From Tubiluchus corallicola (taxonomy: Eukaryota; Animalia; Priapulida), in NCBI GenBank assembly GCA_030141605.1, contig JAQGDQ010000024.1, positions 372,001 to 436,000 of the forward strand: 64,000 nt of DNA, written 5' to 3'. The notes under the pieces were generated by a model. The model had not been told where the DNA came from, did no database searches, and worked only from the letters and a program-made list of their open reading frames with translations. Shown piece after piece: positions 1-30,000 of the stretch. A program made the position numbers and the translations under genes. The first letter of the stretch is position 1, and every line of letters starts with the position of its first letter.

Positions 1-226
1 ATTGGCTCAGACAATTGTTATGTTATTCATTTACTGAAACTCAGTGTTGTGATCATTAAAACTCACTTATAGTAGCCTGCATTTAGTTTTGTCTATTGTC
101 TCAATGACAGTAAGCAAAGTGCTTTGACTTTTGCTTTAAAACTTAACAAAAGCGAGTATATAATCAAAATATAATCTATAATTAAATTTGAAAATAAAAA
201 ATATGCTACTAGAAAAAGCAGCATAC

Positions 227-8489
<8,263 letters not shown>

Positions 8490-9521
8490 TCAAAACCTAA
8501 ACTGAAAATGTATAATGTATGCAAAAGTTAAACATTTTTAAATAAAATAAATATTAAAATTTGATATTTCATAAGGTAATCCACCTATGAAACAAAACCT
8601 TCCAAAAGATCCAAAACACCAAGTAGCTCAGTATCTAATGATAATACAGGCTAAGTGAAATTTCTGGTTACTGAGATTCGGTCCTCGGAAGGAAGCATAA
8701 GCAACATAATGGTATTTCATAAAAAATAAAAAGTATACACAAGTCGCACAATCATATCGCATATATACTTTACACATACACAGTAATATACTCGGTCTTT
8801 CAATTGAGCTCAAAAATCATTTTCTGGTGCAGTGGCAGACTAGTTTGTGAGAAGCTAATAGGCCAAATGAGGCTGCAAAGGCCAAACCCGTTAAAGGTTC
8901 TGGTGAGCATCCACCCGGCATTTAGTATTAAAACCAAATTTTGACAGCACTTTGTGTGCATCAGCAGGTGGTGTTTTGTAATTTGTTGACTCAGTGACAG
9001 AGAGGCCACTATAAGAAAGTATAAAAGGTCATTGGGCATTACCTTATCATTTTTATGGCCAGTCTGCCTCTGAATTTCCAATGATGCTCACATTTTTTTC
9101 TGTACGAGCAGCATTACTAATTACTACAAGCATTAATTTTAATAATAATTGGTTTACTGAACAATGCAAAAAAGACATTTACCATATAGGTAGATAGAGA
9201 GAGAGACAGATAAAAGGTTTATTTTCATATAAAAATTGCAGTTAAAAACTAAATAAGATCGTGTTTACAATAAAAAGACAATCAAAAAACAATTAGCGAA
9301 AAACAATAAAATGATAAAAAATATACTAAGATCATACAGAGAGCAACACAGAGTGTGCATCATCGACATTCTCAACCACTCACTCCGTAACTTAGTCATT
9401 CAACTGCATGTAAGTTTTACAAAGATAACGTGGCAAATAAAAACAATTAATGGTATACAGGCATGATTTAATATTTACTTTTAGAGCTACACAATCTACA
9501 ACAAATTCAAAGAGACTAATA

Positions 9522-10016
9522 CAGTATATACTCGCATATAAGCCTACATCGCATATAAGCCGACCCCCTAAAACTGCTTTAAAATGGCCAGTTTTTGCAA
9601 AAACCCGTATATAAGCCGACCATCAACTTGTCTAATTTTACTCCATACCCAATCAACAAAATTGATCCCTTTTTGTCACATTTTGTTAATTGGGTATTTT
9701 TGGTTCATAGAAATTTTTTACTATAAAGATGTAAAATGCTTACTTTTATGAATACAAAAAGCAGACATTTATTAAAATGTGAATTTTTTCTAAAAAAAAA
9801 GTGGGTGGACGGCGATCCCCCACGATCCCCCTCCAATACACCACTGGTGACACACAACCAATAAAGAGTCAGATAGCGATGAAAATGTGTGGCTGGAAAA
9901 TTGGCATTAGTGTCTGTCCTTGTGTTCATTTTGTTTCATGCGCATATAAGCCGACCCCCTGATTTCAGTATTGTATTTTATAGTTCTAAATTCGGCTTAT
10001 ATGCGAGTATATACGG
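9522..10016. mobile_element. Tc2/pogo-like MITE
   Basis: TIRs C(A/C)GTATATACTCGCATATAAGCC, TA TSD, internal TATAAGCCGACC repeats. Confidence 0.9.
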
Positions 10017-10734
10017 TACTTTAATTAGTTTTTCAATTTTTTTTTTTGTAAATTATAATTTAAACTTTTAAGTAAGAATTTCCAGATGTTACTAGCATAA
10101 TGGCAAATGTGCCAATTGACACAAAATTGAATGAGAATGTTCAACATCATAAAAATTTTGAAGTTTAAACACTGCTTGCACCAGTTACAATAAAATAAAC
10201 ATTATAAACAAATTATGAACAAAATTTGGAAATGAGTACAGACCTTACTGGCATGGCCTGTACCAGGAGTGGGCAACTATACAGCTAAAAGATCTGTGGA
10301 AGTGTTACAAGCTCCCATGGTGAGATTTGGGACGGTGTGAGTGCTGCTTCCCCCCTCCGGAAATTCTAACATTTCCTGCATTCGAGAATTTTTTGTGGCA
10401 TTCTTTAAACTTAATATTATAGGCATACTAATGAAACTATGAAAAAAATAACTGTTCCAGAAATTCTTAGAACGGATCAAAACTATCATTAACCGACTCT
10501 AACACAATTACCAACAAATTCTAAACTAATCAATTCCTAAATGTAATCATTATAAGACGTCTAACGTCTGTAGAAAAATTAACATCAGTATCATTAACAA
10601 AAATCTAATAATACAAAAATTTCAATGGCAAAAGTTGTATTGTCTGTACATAAGTAATTTTTTTCATACTTTTCCATTTGTGTCATTTTTTTCAGTGCCA
10701 TTTTTACCACGCACCGGACAGCTACGGCACATAC

Positions 10735-11230
10735 ACAATTCAATTCAATTCAGCTTATTTGCACAAATACCCTTCTAGAACATTGGCAATGCAGATAGGA
10801 AATACAATTCATAATTATCGAAAAATATATATTTGACAAATTACAACAAAATATTCTAACAGTAACAGGATGAAATATGATATTGTCATAAGTTTATACT
10901 AAATTACTATAATGGAAACACAAGTATCAACATAAATTACAGATGATAATAATGCCAATAATATCCTGACATGGCAACTTACAAAATTACAACAAATGCT
11001 TATTTACATTTCACTGATATGGAGGTAGTAGCTAGTACTTATTTTGGTGTTCACAAAAATGTCTTCTTAAATCAATTTTTTAAAAAATGAATTCCATAAA
11101 GAGGATTATTATATTGCAATTGAACAGCCATGAAAGTAAAGGAGTGTTATTACTGCAGAATAACGGGTTGTATAATTTATTTTCGTAGATTCTTCTATTA
11201 TCAATATACATATATAGAGGGCAATTAACA
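10735..11230 (-). mobile_element. Decayed 3' fragment of a CR1-like LINE
   Basis: (TTGAA)n tail with AATAAG on the minus strand near 10735-10760; traces of SF..A..NN.P / FKK ORF2-end residues near 11070-11150. Boundaries approximate. Confidence 0.4.
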
Positions 11231-11294
11231 ATAAAATGAATATTGGAAACTCAAGAGCGTACTCCCAACACCCAATTTGGTACATTTTACTTAC

Positions 11295-11460
11295 CCACCC
11301 TTGGTAAATTTCAAATTTCGTAACTATAAAATTGAATTGAAAACCGACATCTCAATAGTATTATAATTCGACAATTATTTTCACGTTGCGTTTTTAGTTT
11401 AGTGGAAAAGCGCTATGGGAAATCCTTGAAAAACAAATCAGACACAAAGAATAGGTACCT
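11295..11460. promoter_or_regulatory. Candidate DUS2 non-coding first exon and promoter region (possibly bidirectional)
   Basis: DUS2 ATG exon has an acceptor just upstream (about 8497), so a UTR exon is needed; a strong minus-strand donor GG|GTAAGT lies at 11295/11294 next to a locally CpG-richer segment. Confidence 0.4.
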
Positions 11461-11894
11461 TTGCTACACTTTGTCAGACGGGTGATTTTTTTGCCAACCA
11501 CAACTTTACTTATCTTCAAATTAATTGCCGATTTATTAACTTCTGCGTGTGCGTTTGTCTAAAAAGTATTTTTACGTTTTATAGCGTTTTAGCATTGGAA
11601 TACTAGGCTTATATTCTAGGCTTATATCCTTGAATTTGCTATAAATTTGGCTACAAATGAATAAGATTTAGTCATTTGTACAGCATAAAAATTTATACGT
11701 CTGTTACACTTGGTCCCAGATGTCTTAATATTGTTATTTCAAGAATATAATAACTTAACTTTATGTTTTAAATCATGATCATTTATAATCTTGCTTTAGA
11801 CATAACATGTTAATAATCTTACAATAGCTTGGGTTTGGTTCAGTTTTGGTTGCCTTCATTCTATCATAATATTTTATTGATGCACTTAGAATAC

Positions 11895-11895
<1 letters not shown>

Positions 11896-11985
<90 letters not shown>
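11896..11985. repeat. (CA)n microsatellite
   Basis: About 45 AC units. Confidence 0.98.
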
Positions 11986-11987
<2 letters not shown>

Positions 11988-12002
11988 CGCGCACACACGT
12001 AT

Positions 12003-12060
12003 TATAGCTTATATAATATTATATAGGTAGGAGTGACTGGAATACTCTTACAAAATGATA
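12003..12060 (+). repeat. 58-bp repeat, left copy (inverted partner at 23808-23865)
   Basis: TATAGCTTATATAATATTATATAGGTAGGAGTGACTGGAATACTCTTACAAAATGATA; 57/58 identical to the reverse complement of 23808-23865. Confidence 0.95.
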
Positions 12061-12785
12061 ATTCATTTCAGTTCTGTTTTTTATATTGATTTGTTTTTGT
12101 TTTTTATGATTTACATTTAGCTCAGTTTTTCTTATGTTTAATTTATTATTTTCTCTTTCTCGACATCCTTAATTGATCATTTTTCTGTCTTAGTTTTTGT
12201 TGCGTGATATTGAAGTTAATGCATTTCCTGTTACGTTAAAATTTAAGTTATTTTACTTTTCTTCGCTTCAATGATTAGTTTAGAATTATAAATTTTGGCT
12301 ATTTAAATTATTTTTGTTAAGTTCTACAGTATTGCATTTTCCATCATTTAATTGCCAATTATACACGTAATACTAGTATAAATTTAAATTCAAAACAGCG
12401 CCAAATTTAATTCTATTCAGTCTGAGCTATTTAAGGGTGGCAGACTATAATTATAGCCTATGGGTTGTTTGCCGCCCTTCTCCTTTGCTTCAAGCATAAT
12501 GCATGTATTGTTTACACTGTAATTTATAACTCTCGTGGAATTAATAAAAACAATTGAATGGAATTTGTTTGCACAAAATTCGGCACCGAATCACATGCCC
12601 AACAATAACCCAGAAGTTATTTTACAGAAATGGTACGGAATCAAGATTTTGTTTTATAGTGCTTGTACAGGTATAGTTCTAACATAATTTTTCTGTTAAA
12701 AGTGCGTATAGGTTTGATCATTTTATTCAACTTTGGCTCGGTAAGAGTTTATATGCGCCCGGTTAAGTCATATGCAGTAATCTAA

Positions 12786-13763
12786 GGCGCTATTACACTT
12801 TCGCACCTCCTAGTTTTTTCTAGGTTATTACTCGTTTCTACTTCTAGGCTCGTAGGTCATTATTCTATTATTTTCACGTCATCAGTGAATGTTTCCGCTA
12901 ATATCGTGGTAATTTACTCATATATTTAGTGTATAATTACCAATAATTACGTCGTATTCACAGTTGTACACCATACAGTTCTTATCGCCATCATGTTTGT
13001 GTGTGTAGTCACGTGACGAATTTCGTACTAGTTTATGCATTATCAGGGCCTAGCTTAAAAGGCACGTTATTTTATCTTAACCGCATTTGCGAAATAAAGA
13101 AAAAACCTTTTATAATCTCATAGTACTACAGTAATAAATAAAATTAATGATAAATAACTGTAGTCGTCTAAAATAATTTCCTCGTATATGCCAGCTTGGG
13201 TCTGACTATACAGTGAAGAAGAAACAAAAAATTCGGGAAGTCTTTTGAAGAAAAGACAATGACTGACACAAGATTATAATGGCATTTTAGTTTTATATAC
13301 TCATTATCACCACCATGATTGCGGTGCTATTTTTATCGTTATAGTCATCACTACCACTATTCTGATGCTATCGAAACAGCGAAGACACCGCGATAAATAT
13401 TTCACATTAATATTTTTGAAGTAGCGAGGGAACACTGTAATACGATACAAACTCCCGTGGCTGCAACCATAATAATCATAAATTATGCAAAGAAACTAAA
13501 AATACAGGTTAAGGGCCACATACGTCACTGCGCGAGAGCGATTGCGCATTAGTGATGTAAACACAGTTATTCACGTGGAGCTTCTTGCGTGTTGGTGACG
13601 GTAAGTAATGTATGACTTTAATCTGGAATAGTAAGGCCTAAAAACCAATAATATTATGGGAATATGGTGTATATTACACCTGCTGGTCTGCTTTCTGGCC
13701 TGCAGGCGTGAAAACAAACAATAGGCCAGAAAAAATTAGGAGGTGCAAAAGTGCAATAGCGCC
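12786..13763. mobile_element. PIF/Harbinger-type non-autonomous DNA transposon
   Basis: About 38-bp TIRs GGCGCTATT(A/G)CACTTT(C/T)GCACCTCCTA(G/A)TTTTTTCT; TAA on both flanks. Confidence 0.85.
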
Positions 13764-14753
13764 TAATCTAGTAATTATTGTAGCAGTTTTCTAGTAGTAA
13801 TAGGAATCTTACGGTTATGCAATCTTAAGTTGTGCAAATCAGAAACAAGACCATTATGCATTAATTATGTAATCTATTATTATCATCCTATTAATATCTT
13901 GACATCTTTCATCTGTAGAACTATGGAAATTCTAGTACTTTTTACATTAAATAAAGACGTTCATGTGTACAATGTCATTGATGACTTTAGGACGTATGCT
14001 TCCAATAAACAAGTAAATTGCTAGGATGATCTAAGCAGCAAAACTATAAGTGTAACATCCTAGTCAATGAATGAATTCAAAGGAAATTTGGAACATAAGT
14101 GGAGTCACAAAAAATAATTTTATTGAATACTAAATGCAAGTAGGGAACAGGTGTTACATGTGATCCATGGATCTACCTCAGTCTTAAACGGATATAGATA
14201 TAGGAAGTTCCGATTGACAACCATTCTGTTTACGACTTGTACAAAGTGTATTTGATGGTGATTTTTTCTGACAGCCAATGTTCAGTAGGTATTATATCTC
14301 TAGTATAACTGTTACAAAGATTCATCTTATTGTATAAGAAATTATGTTAAATGTTTTTTTAATGTTTCCCATTGTGATAAACAGCTGTTTTCTGTTGCAT
14401 CAGTTTTGACAGTGTTCAGTTGCCACCTTACTAATGCAGTAAATTACGTCCATAGCTAAGGTGAGGACAAGGGTTATACACACTGAAGGGTGACATGAAG
14501 TGTACCTCATATTATACTTCACTGCTTTGTTTAAAGTTTACATTTTTAGGCCAGAGGTAAAATACGTCAGTAGTGTTAGTGTATGTAGTTCTACAGGAAT
14601 GCACTACATGTTACCAAATATGTGGGACAGAGTTAGTGTAGTGATGCCTTAAAAAGAAGTTGCTTGCCATTGACATGCCATTTGCATGACAACTCAAGTT
14701 ATGGACCTATCTAATATTAAATGTGTCACATCTCATGTTTGTTCTCTAGGAAG

Positions 14754-21916
<7,163 letters not shown>

Positions 21917-22746
21917 CACAGAAACTGAATGGCTGAGATTTTTTTCTGTATTATTATGTATAGCTGTGAAAGTTATTGCAATGTACATATTTTCAATTCA
22001 CTAGCAATTATAATCATAGTACAACACCATTGAACAGTTACTTTCTCCTTGCTATGTGGCTGGAATAGCCCAACTAACTTTTGGCAAGTTCCAAATCTGA
22101 TTTTACAAACATCTAACAACATAATAATTAAAAGAGAAGCAACAAGTGTAATTCTAGTTTTGTTTATTATTAATGTGACCACATAGCATTGAAATTTTAT
22201 ATTCTTTTTAGCAAGCTGTATGGTTGTATGTAAAGCTTAAAATTTTGTGTTACCAAATTATTTACTGACAGTTTTGGTCAGTTCTGTTTAAAACCTGTTG
22301 AAATTTTAACTGCACTTATTGTATTTTATATGTTATACTACTACTATATGTGATATGTGTGTGTGTGTAAGCCTACTAGTTTTCATTAAAATGGGGTTTT
22401 CAGTAACATAAACATTGTGTTTGTATTTTAGCAGATGTAAGAAACTGCTTTTTGTCAGCATAATCAAGTTCTACTCCTTAATATTCAATCTAACTTGAGT
22501 TTACAGACTCGTTTGAATTGTCACCTTTGGAAGCCTCACACAGCCTGCAAACTTCAGAGGTGTAGTGACTTGGAAAACTCTAGAATTCATTTTACAATTG
22601 CACTGAATGGCCTAGAAATTCACTAGACCTCAAATACGCCGAACACATTGGAACTATTTGTGAAGACAGAGCGGAGAGTAAGTTGATTGATGAACATGTC
22701 AATGGTTAATATTCAAAAGACAATCTAGTTAAACATCTGCAAGAAG

Positions 22747-23139
22747 TAGGAGACAGCATTAAACATTCAAGTTCGAAACATTCGAATTTGATTCAAACAA
22801 GTCTTTTTAGTTCTAATTTGATTCGATCCTAAAATTATAGGTTCGAATAATTCAGCATTTCAGCTAGATATCTCTTTGTAATAAAGCATTTGAAACATCA
22901 TGCAGTCAGCACAATTTGTATTTCGCTGTTCTGTGCATAATTTTTGAATGAACTATTAATGTTTTTGCTACAGAACAAAATCAATGTAATATGCTTGATC
23001 TTTGTGTGACTACTTTATTAGTGATTCGAAAATCTTTAAAACTGAATTCCATTCGAATATGCTGAAATTCCATTTGATTCGAGTTTGAAAGTCACAAATT
23101 CGATTCAAATTGGATTTCTGTAGAGAATGCTCATCCCTA
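22747..23139. mobile_element. Degenerate hAT-like MITE
   Basis: TIRs TAGGAGACAGCATT / AATGCTCATCCCTA; 8-bp TSD GCAAGAAG vs GCAAAAAG; many ATTCGA subterminal repeats. Confidence 0.7.
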
Positions 23140-23807
23140 GCAAAAAGACTGGAGGATCTTCTATCAAACTTTGTCGCTTCATCACTTCATCCACCGAATT
23201 GCTACCTTGATCATACCCCTCAAGTCTGCAGGGCAGGACCACATTTCAAATCCACGCTAAAATAAATTATTGAAGGCATGATAAATTTCTGGCAATACTT
23301 TGATGTAATAAATTGTCCTTTACTGTCACTCATTGTTTTTGAATGCCGTAGCAAATACTTACAACACACGCATGCACACACACACACACACACACAGCAT
23401 ATAATTCATCAGCAGACACGATGACTTACTTTTGCATTAGTTATTGATCATCGATGAACTGACCACTGCACGATATTGAATTCAATCAAATATCATACAA
23501 ACCATGTCTAGTTTTAAGCAGTAATGTGTTTATAGCCATGAGTGATTGTTACCAGGGCTTGCCGTCTGAAAGAACTAGGCATTATTTGTTTTATTATTCA
23601 CCACTAAGAATTCCAAATGAGGATAATATTATTACTGTAACAGACCATTGTTACACCTTCATTTGATCATAAACTTTGCATTTAGTGTAATATACGTCAC
23701 ATTAGCTGCTCATGTGACGTTTTTTGATGATTGACGAATTGCAGAATTTATTACAAAATTGGTGTATACTTTTTAAACCCTCCTGTCTGTTGTAATCATT
23801 GAGACAC

Positions 23808-23908
23808 TATCATTTTGTAAGAGTATTCCACTCACTCCTACCTATATAATATTATATAAGCTATAGTGTGTGTGTGTGTGTGTGTGTGTGTATGCGTGCG
23901 TGTGTGTA
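23808..23908 (-). repeat. 58-bp repeat, right (inverted) copy, plus (TG)n
   Basis: Reverse complement of 12003-12060 followed by a (TG)n tract that mirrors the (CA)n of the left copy. Confidence 0.95.
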
Positions 23909-24093
23909 GATGCTAATTATTATGAATGTGTTATTAATTTTAGTAAGCGTAGGACTATTGTTCATCAACAGTAACTGTTATTGCTTTTTGCCGAGATTGC
24001 ATTTTCACAGTAAGTATTTTGATTTCCAGACGAGGGCGCTGTGAATAGTTGTCATTAGTTACGAGCGAAACTGCTGAAACTTTGAAAGTGAAA

Positions 24094-27000
24094 ATGGCAA
24101 GCTCGGAATCTGTTTCTGATACACAGAGTTCTAGTACCACGTATATTGAACAATTAATTGACAGTGCGAGAGAATTACCTTTCGAAGATATTTTTGATCT
24201 CATTCAAGAAACTAAGTATATGAAATGTTTATTTACAAGATAATTAATATGCATATTGAGCCTTTTGTTTGGCATAATGTGTTTTTGTAGTATCAGAACG
24301 CGCAATACAGTCACTCGATTAAGCTAATCGGTTATAAAGCCTTTGTTGTACTATAACAATGTGAATAATCAAAATTAAATAAATTATGACTATCTCTAAC
24401 TGTTCTTTTGCATGTTAAGCTGCTTAAAAAAATTCAGTCTAGATTAATTGGTTAACATCCTCGTAAAAAAGGTAGTCAATTCAAGTAATTGCACATTCCT
24501 GCAATAGCAGCAGAAGACTGTGACACATTTAATCTGTGAAGGCCTAATAAACTCCTTTTTTTCCTTTTCATGCTTATATAGTTAGAAAATTCACTTTATT
24601 TTGTGTGTTTAATGATTTGAACATCTACAGTACTAAATTTTTCATTTTCTTTTCAGAATTTTACATTTGAGTAACTTCCGGTATCTATGTCTAAACTGCA
24701 AGTTTGCAAGCAGTATATTTTTTAGCTGTTCGTGTTTTTGTAAACCTGGTTATCAGATATCTACATATATACATGTTACAATTAACAAACTGCATCCAAT
24801 TATTTGTTTTAATCCACTTCAATTAAATTTCAAATTCCATCACACTGAAATCAAACAAAAATTAATAAATTAGTTAAATAAATTTACAGTGTACACTTAT
24901 ACAGTACTGTGGAATAAACACAGCTGGCATCATTTAACCTTTAATTTGATTTTTGTTATAGAATAAACTAAGTGTAGAGACTGAGACTGCTAAATCAGAA
25001 CAGGTATTCATTCAGACATAAGCTAAAAAGGTTAAGCCCTTGATACACAATACTCTAACGCAATACATTCAATATCGAGCATAGGCATCACGCATGTTTT
25101 ATACAACATAACTTATCAAGAAAACTCAAAAAGTTCTATGTATTGTTTTTGCTGCACACACTGGATAAATAAAACTTAAACACTGTAGAAATTGATAGTG
25201 TTAGTGGTATCTTACAACACCAGTTGTAGAACAGTTTTTACATTGTGTTTGCTTGTCAAGGGTAGCTTTTTGCATATTTTAACATTTCTGCACCACAAAT
25301 GTGTTGTAACAGTTTGTCAGAGTAGCAATTAACAAAAATAAATACACAAAGTGAGCTGTAAGTACAATATATTATCTAGAATTTGCATCATCTAGTGACG
25401 GACAAGTTGCGGACTACTTCATTATTTCATATAATTCTAGTATATATCTCTCTCTTGAACTGTGTAAGATTTCACAAATCCATCTTAGTCTATTACTAAG
25501 TGCCATCATCTATTATTATTTTTACAGTTACTTGCACGTTACTGTAACTGATATTTGTGCAAATGACACTGACATTCGTGTAATTCCTGATCTTATGATT
25601 TTCTTCCCAGAATCTCAGTTCTTAATAATAGCTGAGCTTACCATTCTATTCGATAGTCCAGAAAATATTAAAAAAGCCAGAAATCGTACAACAAACAAAT
25701 ATGCCACTTTAGTATCATATCTCTAAAAACAAAATTTTGAGGTGTTGTTTGTTCCATTTGAGATCGGCAGTCACAATTTTATTTCTGCTGACAATTGCAA
25801 TATGTTTAAAATATGTTTCAATCAGTACCATTACAAAGAAAAATTATCTGAAATGCGAAGAGACTTAACGAAACTTGCCATCATTTCGTCATGCGTAATC
25901 TTCTATTCAAAATTCTTGCCAGATTGGCAAGCACCATCTTTAATGTCTGTACCAAACACATAAGAATGTTCTGTATAAGTTTTAATGTATTTAATTATTT
26001 TTATCATAAATTTATTTACAACTTTTACTCTTTTGTTCTCGCAGAATGCTAGTGTTTGTCATGTAAGTGTTTATGTGAAAGAGTATCGTCAACTGTACAC
26101 GCCTGTCTGGGACTTTATATCTTTTAAATTTTGTCGTTTATTGCAACATATATACTGTACAATTTTTATTTTTTATAACTTTTTGCAGAGAGACAAATGA
26201 ATTTCTTAGTCTTGAGTTGGAACTTCTCAAGTGGCAACTGGAGCGAATTGATTCCCGGGAACTTACTGTCCTTCCACCTCAGCCCACATCTCAGAAAGGC
26301 GTTTACAAGCAGTCTTCTACAGGATCATCATCACCTAGTGGTTCCACGTTTGATGTGCGACCATCAAAGAAGAGATCTGTTGGCAGGACTAGGCGCATTT
26401 CTCAGGCAGAAAAGGTTGATTATTGATTTCTCTTCAGTGATTATTTTACAGTATTGCTTTCTAATGTGCTTTGCAGTAAAATTGCTTGGAGATGCATAAC
26501 TAATCTTTTTATTATACTTCCAGGCCAACTTTGTTAACTTTGTACTTGCTGATAAACTTACATTATTTTCCAAAGTCTAAATATTAGTCATTTTTAGTTA
26601 TAGTAAAGGTTCTTTGTTTGAAAAACACTTTAAGCTTTAGAACTTTCCTAGCTAATTTATAGATTTTTTTGTCTGGTACTAGCCACTCTTGGGTTAATAG
26701 GTGGATAATAATTATTCTGAAAGTGAATGCCCAGGTATTTTGTTTTTAGTGCCTCTATAATCCAAAACCAATGCAATAAAACTTTAAAATGATGTCAAAC
26801 TGGAATTCCCATAATTTGGGGTTAACTGATTGTTTATCAGCGTATGTGATGCTGTTTCCATTTGTAGAAGTTGCTTTAAATAGATCTAATCTGATTGTGT
26901 AAAAGTTTGCCAATTTGACTAACAATTTAACAAATTAACATTATGTGTCTTTTAAGGCTAAAGTTTTAGAAGTAACTTGCTGTTTCAGGTTAAATCTTTC

Positions 27001-30000
27001 GCAATGGCTTTTAAAGCTCTTGGTAGCTCAACAGTGGAGGTACTTTGGCTCTGCACTGCAAAAGCTTAAAATGGCACCACCTAGTTGCTTTTACACCTGC
27101 TTGCTACTGCTACTAGATGCTCATACTGTCCTCTTTTGCAGCAACAGAAACACAAAGCTAGAATTGTTGATAAATGCTGAATGGCACCATGAACCTATTT
27201 ATCATGTCTTTTACATGATATGTTTGAATTTTTGCTTTCTGCGTTACTGGAATACAATGTTTTGTCTGCTCATCATGTGTTTTATTGGCACCCTGGCTCT
27301 AGAAGCAAAGCTTTTTATAGCTCAATATAATGAATGTCACTTCACTTCTTTGCCACTATTTAGCAAGTATTGAAACACAATGAGTGAGAGCACCTAGCAA
27401 CTTGTAATCATTATTACTTCTTAGGCGAAAATTATTTGCTTTACATAATACACATATGGTAACGTACATGGTAATTTGTTGTATATGCAACTAGCAAATT
27501 AGTGCTATGTAAATTGTCATAATATGCAAAAACAAATAATGTGTATCAGAATTGCTGTCATCCTGGCGGTATATGGCAGTCTTACTTTTGTGGTATGTAT
27601 TTTGAACCAGTCAAGCTATCAAAATTATATGATTGTTCTCAACGACATTTGCCAGCAAGGCAGACTAACTTACACTTAAGTTTTGACATCGTGTCTAAAA
27701 ATCTGGAGAAGTTTGAAAAACCTGTGCCACCTGGCCACCCTGCTTGAAAAGGGAATCTCTGATTTTGTCCACTTTGTGAGTATTCGATACCACCGTGTGC
27801 TGAAGTCATTTTAAAAGCATCAAATTTGGCTTTACTGAGGAAAAAAGACATTTGTTGTCATTAATTGTTTCGTTCTGTCATTATGACTGTTGTGTCTTTT
27901 CTGTAGCACTTCAGCCTAAGTATATCATCTTGCTTGAGTGGCAAGCTTATCAGTTATGTACAATGGAGAAGAAAATGGCCAAGTAAAGAGGTTGAAAAAT
28001 AAGTTGTGCAACTTTATTTTTCCTGGTCCCGCGAATGCCACCTCGTATATGATTCATATGCAAAATACAGCTTGTTTCGCAGTGCAAAAGAAAGTTTGGA
28101 AATCATTCATCCCTTCTCTTTTGCCTCTGGCAAGCGCATAGAACTGTCCTACCTTATAATTTCAATATCTAATGTAAAAGTGATTATTTAAATCATTTTG
28201 TAATCTAATGTATTGTGTTTTTGCTAATCTTGATGTTTTGCAGCTACATCTGAGTCGGTTAACATCTGAGTACAAATGTGACATTGTCCAAGCAAGACTT
28301 GATGACTTGCGGGCTACTCTCCTTCAAATACAGAAGGAATGTGAGAATGTTTTGAGCAGTTATCTAGTAAGTTTACTATTATAGAGAACTGCCTCTACCT
28401 GGTACATTGTTTTTTACTTATTTGAATCATTCGTTAGAATTGAAAAATGTCAGTAAGAATGCAAATTAAGGCAAAGTCTAAGCTACTGTTTACTAAACCT
28501 GGCTTCATGGTTGTGAATGCTCATGACAAACAAGATTTACATGTAGATTGGTAAAGGCCTCTTAGTGTCAACTTTCTGATTAGAGATTACTTATCTTCAT
28601 TGTTATCAAATTGTACAGCGTTTTACCATACGATAGCAGAGAAATGTCATTTTTTGCCCAATGAATTGTGTTTGACACAAAAGTCGTTTTTGTATTCTGA
28701 CCGTGTGATTCATTAAGCATATGCATTTGTTTCAGTGCAATTCAACTTTTGCTGTGTGTATTTTAACACTAGCCATAATTACTGCAACAGATTTACACCT
28801 CTATGTGATTAATTTAAACAAACATAATTAAAACAACTAGTATTACTTTTCCATGCCAATATAAGTAGTTGCTGTAACCTGCTCTGCGTTTTACCTTGGT
28901 AGTGCAGTCGCTTTGATATATTAACTATTTTGTCTACAATAGATAGGCAAATCTTATTAATGTAAGTGAAATTGCAGTTGAATCGACTGAAATATACGTG
29001 TATAAATATTGTATAACAGCACCGTCTACAGTTGCAACTAACAACAGTTAAATTTCCAGTATGTGCTTTTTTTGATCTATGAAACATCATATTTAGGCAA
29101 CATTTGAAGAGACTAGTATAAGATATGCCGACTTGAAAAAGCATGAACTGGAGTTTGATCGTGATATATTAAAGGGAGCAATGCATCCACGTACTGGGAA
29201 AATAATGGGAGAGAAGATCATACGCAATTTTGATGAGAGATCACGAGCTAGAGTAAGCTATTCACTATTTTGCAATTAAATAACAACATGACTGTAGCTA
29301 TATCATTTACTGTTGTTTCTAAAATTTAATAGTGAACCGAACTAGTACATTAAGATTTGCTTGTTTCTGCTTTCAGGATACTGTAATTGAAAAATTGCGA
29401 TTAAAGAATTCAACCATGAAGGGACAGTTGAAAAAACTTCATGTGCAACTAAAACAGGTCAGCCAATGCTTGTAATTTTAACTTGATGATAAATGCTTTG
29501 GCATTCTGTTGCTTTATGCTGTAATTAGCTTTGATAATTTTGCTGACGTCTGTTCATGAAAATACAGTTATTTAATACTTTTAAAAAAGAAATGACTTGT
29601 CAGATGTTTAAAGTCAGCAATTAGAAAAATAAAAATGAAATTCACACCCAAACTCACAAAAAGAAATGCAGTGTTCGAATGAAGCTTCACAAATGTACCT
29701 AGTATTGCAAAAACTTGTTCCAAAATTGTGGAAATACAACTGTAATGATTTACAATTTTTAGAACTGCAATTTTTTTATTGTAACTTGTATTTTTTTATT
29801 GTAATGGAAATAACAGTTGCTTTTATTGTTACATTTGCCTAGAATTAAATCAAACTTTGTTAACTGCATGTGATATAAATACTGTACTCGGTCCATTATA
29901 CTTTTACACGTACACATCTACTAAACACAAACCATTTTTGAGCAAACTTACGTTCATGTATCATTGACTGTGATTTAATTCTAATCATTAATAATACAGA

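Noticed and set aside
11779-12026. ORFs with VC/HT dipeptide runs (also CMYV ORFs at 30383-30697)
   Set aside because: These are translations of microsatellites.
26945-27373. 142-aa intronic ORF
   Set aside because: Non-ATG start, no recognisable domain and no fitting splice structure.
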